Shown: positions 40,437 to 48,158 of the stretch, one piece after another
How the letters are laid out: the number at the start of each line of letters is the position of its first letter
How positions within the stretch are numbered: the stretch's first letter is position 1
Source of the DNA: Candidatus Hodarchaeota archaeon
GTDB lineage: Archaea; Asgardarchaeota; Lokiarchaeia; Sigyniarchaeales; SOKP01
Direction of reading: 5' to 3'
Assembly: GCA_048886685.1 (NCBI GenBank)
Contig: JBHLKM010000005.1
Location: 42,958-106,957 of the forward strand
Length of the DNA: 64,000 nt
Notes under the pieces: generated by a model
What the model was told of the DNA's origin: nothing
Databases searched by the model: none
What the model saw: the letters and a program-made list of their open reading frames with translations, nothing else
Program-made: the position numbers and the translations under genes

Positions 40437-41381
40437 TTAGGAATATTCTAACATTTTCTCAATTGGTTTTATCGCCCGTTTTGCTATATTAGGAGGAACT
40501 TTCACTTCAAATTTATTATCGTTTAAGTTTTCCAAGATGTATTTAATGAGTTCGAGATTGTGTTTCTTCATATTATAGCAAACTAGCTTCTCTTTTGCTA
40601 AATAGAATTTTTTTTGAGGGAAATCCTGAGCCATACGTTCTAAGAGCCCAACCTCTGTTCCAATTATAAATTCATTTATGTCAGGCAGACTTTCTTTAGC
40701 ATAATTGTACATCATAGAAGTAGAACCCACAAAATCAGCTAATTCTCTTACTCGTCTTACACATTCTGGATGAACAAGAAGCTTTGCTTTAGGATAATTT
40801 TCTCTTACAATTTTTATATCATCAATTGTAATTTGAGAGTGAACATAACAATGTCCTTTATCTGGCATTTTTATAGTTTTTATATGTGACATTTGTTCTG
40901 TGTAGTCTGCTAAATTTGCATCTGGTCCGAATAAAACTGCTCGTGTATTAAATTCTTCGCTAATTTTTTCTGTTATTTTCACTGCATTTGAAGATGTACA
41001 GCAGATATCAGATTCTGCTTTTACGGCAGCAGTAGAGTTGACATAAACTACCGCGGGTAATCCCGGATGTCTTTCTTTAAACTCTTTAACCATTTTTGGG
41101 TTAAGAAATGCGGCCATCGGACAACATGATTCATAATTCGGAATCATTATATGCTTATCTTGGTTTATAATTGACGCTGTCTCAGCCATGAAATCAACAC
41201 CGGCAAATATAATATAATCTGTATTTGCTTTTTCTTTAGCTGTTCGAGATAATCCGAGAGAGTCTCCTAAATAATCAGCAATTTCTTGAATTTCAATTGG
41301 TTGATAATAATGAGCTAAAATTATTACATTATTTTGCTTTTTTAGTGTTAAAATTTCTTCTTGAAGTTGTTTGATAGTCAT
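40437..41381 (-). CDS. nadA: Quinolinate synthase
   Basis: ILAHYYQ, GDSL.L, GV.FMAETA, CPMA, YVNS, CCTSSNA, C.VH, HPEC, GTE.G, C.NMK. Confidence 0.96.
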   Translation of the reverse strand: MTIKQLQEEILTLKKQNNVIILAHYYQPIEIQEIADYLGDSLGLSRTAKEKANTDYIIFAGVDFMAETASIINQDKHIMIPNYESCCPMAAFLNPKMVKEFKERHPGLPAVVYVNSTAAVKAESDICCTSSNAVKITEKISEEFNTRAVLFGPDANLADYTEQMSHIKTIKMPDKGHCYVHSQITIDDIKIVRENYPKAKLLVHPECVRRVRELADFVGSTSMMYNYAKESLPDINEFIIGTEVGLLERMAQDFPQKKFYLAKEKLVCYNMKKHNLELIKYILENLNDNKFEVKVPPNIAKRAIKPIEKMLEYS

Positions 41382-41565
41382 TTTTTCAAAAAGGAATCAA
41401 TATTTATTATAATACTTAAGGATTTAAGAAAAGATAAGTTGTTTGATTATAAAAAATTTGAATTATGTAATTTTAGAGACTTTAATTAGGAAGTTTGTTA
41501 ATTCGTAAAATTATTATTTCTGGGAAATATAATTGAAATTAACATTATAATGGGGTAGTTTCATT

Positions 41566-43239
41566 ATGGATTTTATTTATAAGGAAGAATATTGGTATAT
41601 AAGTTCATTTATAAACACTAATCTTGTAGATGGTAATGTGAAAAGTGAAGAAATTAGGATAAAAATTAAAGAATGTCTAAATAATCTAAAAAAAGAAGAT
41701 CTTTATTATAAAATACGAGATGAAATTGGCGATGATATAATAGACATGGCGAAAAATATTTCATTGTCTTGTAAATGGGAACCTTATCTGGAGAGTTTTC
41801 CCTATGAGGATGAAAACAGCCAAAAAGAATATGATACCTTAGGATTTTTTCAGTTTGATGTAGAATATTATAAAGAAAATCCCTCAAAAAAACAAAATAT
41901 TAGATCGAACTATATTCAACAGATCCCACAAATAATAAATACTTTTTTAATGGATTATTCTGCAAAGGAGGAAGCCAAAGGGATTCTTTTTGATTTAGAG
42001 AGCCCTATGTATATTTTTATTACTTCAGATAAAGTAGAGCCTCAAGAAATCTCTTGGACACAAGAAAATATTGAAAAGTACAAAAAAATTATTGGTTATT
42101 GGACAGAGGTATATTCAGGGCAATGGGAAGATTATTCAGAGGTCCTATACGATAAACGTATTGAAAATAATTTATCTAATCGTTTGTCAGAACTACATTT
42201 TATTCGTAGAAATTCTGGATTCATATATATGGCAGAAGATAATTATACGAATTTCTTTAACTCTTATATGAAAGAATATGTTTTAACTCCTACTCCAAAA
42301 ATGAGAGCAGTTCTATTTGCACTACGATCTATAAATGAGTCATTAGATTTACTATTCTTGAAGACTGAATCAGAAGAATTCAAGGATGTTGAAACTATTG
42401 AAAGAAAAATTCGAAATCTTAGATTTTTAAGGGGTTTAATTCAAACTAAATTAAGCTTGGTATATAATGAATTGGATTATAATAGAAGACAACATTTTAC
42501 GAATGTATTAAAACATTTACTTAATGAGTTTGAAATTGATAGAATAGTTTCCCGAATCAATGAAAAATTTGATATTATTTATGATTCAATGCAAGGATTA
42601 TATGTCAAAAAAAATGAAGAAATTCAAAAAAGAACTGAAAAAGGTCTTAATCTCCTAAATCTACTTTTTGGAGCGGGAATTTTAGCAGACCTTGGAAGTG
42701 TTATTATGATTGCATTAAGTTTACAAGAAGGGGATCTTAGTTCAATAGTGTTAAATAGTATAATTGCAATAATAATTAGTGGAATTTTAATTACTACAAT
42801 TATATTCAACGTTTATATGAGAGTTCAAGTTAATAAGGCAGAAATTTTACATGCTGTGGATGCCGTTATTGAAGATGGAAAAGGAAATGTGGTTTTAATC
42901 AAGCGGAAATATCCTCCTTATCAAGGTTTTTATGCATTACCAGGCGGTTCTGTTGAAAAGGGTGAAAAACTAAAAGAAGCATTGGTAAGAGAAGTTAGAG
43001 AAGAAACTAATTTAAATGTGGATGTAACAGAGAAAATTGGAATTTACGATAAGGAGGGAAGGGATCCTCGAGGTAATGTTCATAGTACTGCTTATAAGTG
43101 TATTGTTCTTGGAAATATTTCTGAGATGCAAAATGGTGAAGAAACGGTAGAAGTAAAACTTTTTTCAAAAGAACAGGTAAAAGATATGGAATTAGCGTTT
43201 GATCATAAGGAAATGCTAAGAGACGCTAAATTCATATGA
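41566..43239 (+). CDS. CorA/DUF155-like helical + 2TM protein fused to a C-terminal NUDIX (ADP-ribose pyrophosphatase-like) domain
   Basis: Long helix FEIDRIVSRINEKFDIIYD running into two TMs; NUDIX box GGSVEKGEKLKEALVREVREET, GRDPRG, LAFDH. Confidence 0.75.
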   Translation: MDFIYKEEYWYISSFINTNLVDGNVKSEEIRIKIKECLNNLKKEDLYYKIRDEIGDDIIDMAKNISLSCKWEPYLESFPYEDENSQKEYDTLGFFQFDVEYYKENPSKKQNIRSNYIQQIPQIINTFLMDYSAKEEAKGILFDLESPMYIFITSDKVEPQEISWTQENIEKYKKIIGYWTEVYSGQWEDYSEVLYDKRIENNLSNRLSELHFIRRNSGFIYMAEDNYTNFFNSYMKEYVLTPTPKMRAVLFALRSINESLDLLFLKTESEEFKDVETIERKIRNLRFLRGLIQTKLSLVYNELDYNRRQHFTNVLKHLLNEFEIDRIVSRINEKFDIIYDSMQGLYVKKNEEIQKRTEKGLNLLNLLFGAGILADLGSVIMIALSLQEGDLSSIVLNSIIAIIISGILITTIIFNVYMRVQVNKAEILHAVDAVIEDGKGNVVLIKRKYPPYQGFYALPGGSVEKGEKLKEALVREVREETNLNVDVTEKIGIYDKEGRDPRGNVHSTAYKCIVLGNISEMQNGEETVEVKLFSKEQVKDMELAFDHKEMLRDAKFI

Positions 43240-43333
43240 TAATATAATAACATCATTAGTTTTTTATACAATTATCAAAACTTTATTATTTTTAGTTAAA
43301 TTCTTCAAATTCAAACTCAGAAATTGAAGAAAA

Positions 43334-43898
43334 ATGATAATTATACCAAGTCCGGAAACCGGAAAAGAACCTCAAATTCACGATTCTGCTTACATTGCTC
43401 CCACAGCTGTCATCATCGGAGACGTAATAATCGGAGAAAATTCAAATGTTTGGTTTGGTGCAACTATTCGAGGAGATTGGGGCTCAATTAAAATTGGAAA
43501 AAATACTAGCATTCAAGAAAATGTTACCATTCATATTGAAGCAGGAAGTTCTGTAACTATAGGGGATGATTGTATTATAGGTCATCATGCAAAGATGTGA
43601 AGGTCTTACTTTACTCTGCAGAATGATTCATGGACCTTGTACAATAGAAAATGGCTGTGTTGTCGGAATTGCATCAAATGTATTACACCAGTCAAAACTT
43701 TGTGAAGGTTCTGTCCTTGCGGCAGGAGCAGTGCTCTTAGGCAAAGAGATCCCTCCTAGAAGCCTGGCTGTTGGAATTCCCGCCTCGGTTAAAAAAGAAG
43801 GAATTTATAAGGGGAAACTTGAAGGAACTAAAATATCCAAACTCTATACAAAAAAAGGTCAGACTTTTAAACAGTATTTTAACCAAAATTCATCATAG
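43334..43898 (+). CDS. Gamma-carbonic-anhydrase family (YrdA/Cam-like LbH) protein interrupted by a 31-nt insert; join(43334..43592,43624..43898) gives 177 aa
   Basis: AYIAPTAVIIGDV.IG..S.VWFGA.IRGD, IQEN.TIH, IGHHA|MIHG.C.I, LAVGIPA; the two tracked ORFs (43334..43600 and 43587..43898) are the two halves. Confidence 0.85.
43593..43623 (+). other. Candidate archaeal BHB-type mRNA intron (31 nt) AGATGTGAAGGTCTTACTTTACTCTGCAGAA
   Basis: Contains an in-frame TGA and shifts frame; removal restores GHHAMIHG; flanked by a relaxed BHB (outer ATC/GAT, helix aTGC/GCAg, bulges AA|A and AA|T) with an internal hairpin. Confidence 0.65.
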
Positions 43899-43932
43899 GA
43901 AAAATTAAATTTTCCTATTTCTTTTCTTTTTA

Positions 43933-44673
43933 CTATTTTGAGCAAAAACAACTTTCATTCTTAACTATATCTATAATATTAAACCTTAAATCTATTAAAT
44001 TCACCATTAAAACTTTATTTTCAAGATTAGGGAGACCTAAGGCTGTTTTTATTACTTCTAAAGCTTCTAATGTGCCTAAAATACCAGGAGTTACGCCAAT
44101 TACCGGTAATGGTCCTTCTTCTGGAGGAACTTCTGGAGGTTCTGAAAATACACATTGATAACAAGCAGTCTTTCTTGGATTAATTGTGATAATTTGTCCA
44201 TAAAAATCTTTGATCCCTGCAATAACACATCTTAAATTATTTTCAATAGCTATCTTGTTAACTAGGAATTTTGTTTTAAAATTGTCACTACAGTCAACCA
44301 CAAAATCATAATCTTTTTCTTTTAGATATTTCTTAATCGATTCTTCATCAATATAATCTTTATAAACGTTAATTTGAACATCTGAATTAAGTTTTGATAA
44401 TACATCTTTGGCAGAATTTACCTTATCTTTACCAATTTGAGATTCATTATAGAGAATTTGCCTTTGTAGATTTGAAATATCCAAAATATCATTATCTATT
44501 ATTGTTAATTGATTAATCCCTGCAGCTGTTAAATACAGTGAAAAAGGCGATCCTAAGCCTCCGCAACCTATCTGAAGGATTTTCAGCTCAGAAATCTTTT
44601 CTTGACCTTTTTCCCCTATTACGGGAGATATAATTTGACGCGAATATCTCTCCTTTTGCCTTTCAGTTAGAAT
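43933..44673 (-). CDS. ThiF/MoeB/HesA-family E1-like enzyme (UbaA-like); probable ATT start at 44673
   Basis: Upstream of the tracked TTG (44484) the frame encodes LTERQKERYSRQI...GQEKI...IGCGGLGS...LTAAG; then SNLQRQ, DCSDNF, CYQC, GVTPGILG, CFC. Confidence 0.9.
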   Translation of the reverse strand: MLTERQKERYSRQIISPVIGEKGQEKISELKILQIGCGGLGSPFSLYLTAAGINQLTIIDNDILDISNLQRQILYNESQIGKDKVNSAKDVLSKLNSDVQINVYKDYIDEESIKKYLKEKDYDFVVDCSDNFKTKFLVNKIAIENNLRCVIAGIKDFYGQIITINPRKTACYQCVFSEPPEVPPEEGPLPVIGVTPGILGTLEALEVIKTALGLPNLENKVLMVNLIDLRFNIIDIVKNESCFCSK

Positions 44674-44679
44674 AAAATA

Positions 44680-45054
44680 TCACCTATCTAGCATTTTTTT
44701 TACTTTTTTAATTGTTTCTTCAATTTCTATGAAAATTAAACCTAGATTAGTATTTAAATTTAATAATGAAACCATAATTAATTGCTCATCAGCCCCCATA
44801 ATAATTAATTGAAAATCATTAAATTCAACAGTTAAATTATCAACAAACTTGCTTCCTATTGCTGAAGCGGCTGTTTCAATAGCACCAAACATAGTCGCAG
44901 CCATAGCACAAAATTTCCGATCATCGATATCTCTCGGTAATCTTGAAACAATCAATAGACCATTGCGGTTAACAAGAGCAGTGCCTATTATATCGCTTAT
45001 AGTTTCAAGCTTTTCTAATTCTTTATGGAGATTTTGAACTTTTAAACTATTCAT
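44680..45054 (-). CDS. Roadblock/LC7 domain protein
   Basis: IIGTALVNRNGLLIVSRLP..IDDRKFCAMAATMFGA...NLGLI. Confidence 0.9.
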   Translation of the reverse strand: MNSLKVQNLHKELEKLETISDIIGTALVNRNGLLIVSRLPRDIDDRKFCAMAATMFGAIETAASAIGSKFVDNLTVEFNDFQLIIMGADEQLIMVSLLNLNTNLGLIFIEIEETIKKVKKMLDR

Positions 45055-45187
45055 TTCTATACAAAAGTTGGCTTCATGTTAATTTGAATTATATATGAAT
45101 TATATAAAAATATCTATTTGAAGATTAAATAATTAATAATATCGCTTTATACTTTTAGAATGAGGTTTTTAGATTAAATGCAGAAAA

Positions 45188-45409
45188 CTATGCTAATGCT
45201 TTTTTCCTATTGCGATAAAATGATTTTTGACCATTAAAGGGACGAGTTCTATTTCTCCATCCTGGTTGACGTAATTTCGCAGATTTTCCAAAACCACAAC
45301 TGGCACAAAATCTCTTTCTTCTATGATATGAATGTTTTCCACAACGACGACATGCTTTATGGGTAGCTGCCTTATTTTTCTTTCCTTTACTTGGTGTACC
45401 TTTTCCCAT
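45188..45409 (-). CDS. rpl37e: 50S ribosomal protein L37e
   Basis: [22 protein letters not shown].....CASCGFG. Confidence 0.96.
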   Translation of the reverse strand: MGKGTPSKGKKNKAATHKACRRCGKHSYHRRKRFCASCGFGKSAKLRQPGWRNRTRPFNGQKSFYRNRKKALA

Positions 45410-45414
45410 TTACC

Positions 45415-45723
45415 TTATACCTCTTCAGTTTCTTCTCGATGCATCAATTTCTCTTCTGCATCGCCGGCAAAGACTAATCTTTCACGGTCCTGGCCTATAA
45501 AGATTACGCTCGCACCCCTAATCATCACAGTCCCTAAATCTTTGCTTCTTTTTCCACCACGACCAAAATATATTTCTTTAGCGTCTTTAACGATTAAATT
45601 CATATAGTTATCAAATTTTACAAGTTTCCCAGTTAAATATGTGTTCCAAATCTTTAATTTAATATTTACTTCTGGCTTTAAAATTGCCTTACTAAGTGTT
45701 CTTGAAATTGTGTGTTGTGACAT
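45415..45723 (-). CDS. Sm-like archaeal protein (LSm/SmAP) with C-terminal extension
   Basis: Sm1 GKLVKFDNYMNLIV, Sm2 LGTVMIRG; typical position immediately upstream of rpl37e. Confidence 0.9.
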   Translation of the reverse strand: MSQHTISRTLSKAILKPEVNIKLKIWNTYLTGKLVKFDNYMNLIVKDAKEIYFGRGGKRSKDLGTVMIRGASVIFIGQDRERLVFAGDAEEKLMHREETEEV

Positions 45724-45838
45724 CGAAATAAAATCTCTTGAAAATTATTCTACGTTATGTTTTTAATTACGTAATCAAATAAATATTTTTTTAAATATTT
45801 AAGAATTTAAATGAAATATTATTAGATAAGGGATATAA

Positions 45839-46876
45839 ATGAAAAAAATCGCATATTTTGATGCATGTGTTGAAACTCCTGAAGAGATTATCCTTGCTGC
45901 TGATATGATCCCTGTTAGACTATTTGGAAATCCAACAATTGGAATAGATAAAGCGAATGAGCATGTACCTCCAACTCATTGTGTTTGGGCAAGAAATATT
46001 CTTGAACAAGCTATTAATGGGCTGGATGATGATATTAAAGGAGTTATAACAACACACGGATGTGATTGTACTAATAGAGAATTTGATATTTGGTTAGAGT
46101 GTGTGAATACAGAATTTCTTTTTTTTCTTAATGCTCCTTTAAAGCGTAATGAGACAGCATTACATTTCTTTATAAATGATATTAAAGAACTTATTATCCA
46201 ATTGGAAGAAAAATTCAATATCAAAATAACCTCTGAAAAAATTAAGGAAGCTATTAAAAAAATGAATAGAATTAGGACACTTTTAAGAGAAATATCAAAC
46301 TTCCGGGTCGATATGAAATTAAAAGGTTCTGAATTCCATGCATTAGTTAAAGAAGTTCAACTATCAGATAAGGATGAAGTGGTTAAAAAACTTGAATCAA
46401 AAGTAGCTGAATATGAAGGAAGAGAGCCATTTTCAAAAAACAACCTCAAAAATGTACTATTAACAGGATCAGTAATAGATGATACAGAATTTATTAATTT
46501 TCTCGAAGATGTTGGTTTTCACATCATAATTGATGATATATGCATCGGAACTAAATATTTTTGGAATAATGTTGATGAAAACGGAGATCCTATAGAAGCC
46601 ATAGCGGAATTTCATCTTAATAAGCCAATTTATTCTACAAAATTTCCTTCATATGAGCGATTTAAAGTCTTAAAAAATTTAGCAGAAAAATATAAGGTGG
46701 ATGGTATAATCAATATTGCACAGAAATTCTGTGAGCCTGTTCTGTATGGGCATCCATATTTTAATAAAAAATTTAAGGAATTAGATATTCCATATCTTTT
46801 TGTCGAAATGGAATACAATAGAGAGTCATATAAGCAATTAATAACTAGATTCGAAGCATTTAAAGAAATAATATAA
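45839..46876 (+). CDS. 2-hydroxyacyl-CoA dehydratase family subunit (HgdB/FldC/BcrC-like)
   Basis: PEEII.AA...P, HC.W, CDC, DDICIG, KFCEP, TRFEAF.E. Confidence 0.88.
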   Translation: MKKIAYFDACVETPEEIILAADMIPVRLFGNPTIGIDKANEHVPPTHCVWARNILEQAINGLDDDIKGVITTHGCDCTNREFDIWLECVNTEFLFFLNAPLKRNETALHFFINDIKELIIQLEEKFNIKITSEKIKEAIKKMNRIRTLLREISNFRVDMKLKGSEFHALVKEVQLSDKDEVVKKLESKVAEYEGREPFSKNNLKNVLLTGSVIDDTEFINFLEDVGFHIIIDDICIGTKYFWNNVDENGDPIEAIAEFHLNKPIYSTKFPSYERFKVLKNLAEKYKVDGIINIAQKFCEPVLYGHPYFNKKFKELDIPYLFVEMEYNRESYKQLITRFEAFKEII

Positions 46877-46892
46877 ACAAGGTTTTATAACA

Positions 46893-48155
46893 ATGTCAAA
46901 AATGAAGAAAACTGGAAAGATGTTAAATGCAACCAATAAATTAAGGAATGAAATGGGAAGACATTTTTTAGCTATTGAACAAGCATATCGAGAGGGAAAG
47001 CCAACCGCTTGGGCAACTGCAGGAACTCCCGTTGAACTTTTATATTCTATGGGTGTACAACCGATGCTTCCTGAAAATTCAGCAACAATTTCGGCAGCGC
47101 TTAAGAAATCCCAAAATTTTATTGAACTTGCTGAAGATCAAGGATACTCCTATGATTTATGTTCTTATTTCAAAACAAATGTTGGTGCTGTATTAAGCAA
47201 TGCTGAAATGAGTGATGGTGGTACAAGAAAACCAACATTCATGCTTTCAAGTGATGTGATATGTGATACTCATGTGAATTGGTTTCAAGTACAATCTGAA
47301 AGAATGGGTGGTGTGCCCCACTTTACAATTGATATTCCACATGTAGTTAGTAACATAAACAATAGACAGCGAGAATATTTTATAAAATATATTAAAGAAC
47401 AACTCTGGGAGCTATTAGATTTTATAACAGAAATCACTGGAAACGAATATAATGAAGAAAAAGCTCGAGAGATAGCTCAAAATTCGTATGAGATGGGAAA
47501 GATATGGCAAGAAGTTTTTGAGTTAAGAAAAAACATACCATGCCCAGTTTCAACAAGAGACACTTTTGGGGGACTTTTTCCCTTATTTACAATGACAGGG
47601 TTAAGATCACCTATAAAATTGTATAAAAGAATGTATAGAGAAGCCAAAGAACGTGTTGATAATGGAATTGGTGCATTAGAAAAGGAAGAATTTAGATTAA
47701 TGTTTGAAGGAATTCCCTTCTGGTATAACTTGAAATTTTTTGCTAACTTAGAGCGATGGAATGCAATTATTGTCTATGAACCTTATGTATATGCTTTTAC
47801 CAAATATACAAATCCAAAGATTACAAAAGAAGATGTATTAAATAACCCCGTAGAGTCAATGGCGGAATTAATTCTCAGTTTTTGGTATATTTATGACTTG
47901 GAGACTCGTGTTCAAAAATTCAAGGAAACAGTAAGAGATTGGAAAGTTGATGGCGTAATCTTACATAATAATATGTCATGTCGTCCAAATGCATGTGGGA
48001 TGTATGATTTAAAACGTAGATTAATGGAGGAAGCTGATATTCCCACACTTGTGATTGATGCGGATATGAATGACCCACGTAAGCTGAATGAGACTCAGGT
48101 TCTAAACCAAATCGAAAGTTTCATAGAAATTCTCAGAAAAAGGAAGAAGAAGTAA
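46893..48155 (+). CDS. 2-hydroxyacyl-CoA dehydratase family subunit (HgdA/FldB/BcrB-like)
   Basis: PVELL, LPEN, GYS.DLCSY, ICDT, E.FRL..EGIP.W, SCRP, DM.DPR. Confidence 0.88.
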   Translation: MSKMKKTGKMLNATNKLRNEMGRHFLAIEQAYREGKPTAWATAGTPVELLYSMGVQPMLPENSATISAALKKSQNFIELAEDQGYSYDLCSYFKTNVGAVLSNAEMSDGGTRKPTFMLSSDVICDTHVNWFQVQSERMGGVPHFTIDIPHVVSNINNRQREYFIKYIKEQLWELLDFITEITGNEYNEEKAREIAQNSYEMGKIWQEVFELRKNIPCPVSTRDTFGGLFPLFTMTGLRSPIKLYKRMYREAKERVDNGIGALEKEEFRLMFEGIPFWYNLKFFANLERWNAIIVYEPYVYAFTKYTNPKITKEDVLNNPVESMAELILSFWYIYDLETRVQKFKETVRDWKVDGVILHNNMSCRPNACGMYDLKRRLMEEADIPTLVIDADMNDPRKLNETQVLNQIESFIEILRKRKKK

Positions 48156-48158
48156 TTT

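Noticed and set aside
41566-43239. NrtR regulator of nadA, or a CBASS/CRISPR effector
   Set aside because: There is no wHTH after the NUDIX domain, and no cyclase, cas genes or other defence context in the window
43334-43898. Reading the gamma-CA locus as two genes or a simple frameshift pseudogene
   Set aside because: A discrete 31-nt structured insert explains the break and both halves are otherwise intact; a pseudogene is not fully excluded without RNA data
44680-44682. Selenocysteine read-through at the roadblock TGA
   Set aside because: The position is not a conserved Cys site and I see no SECIS-like element; an SD-overlapping stop with an ATT start is simpler
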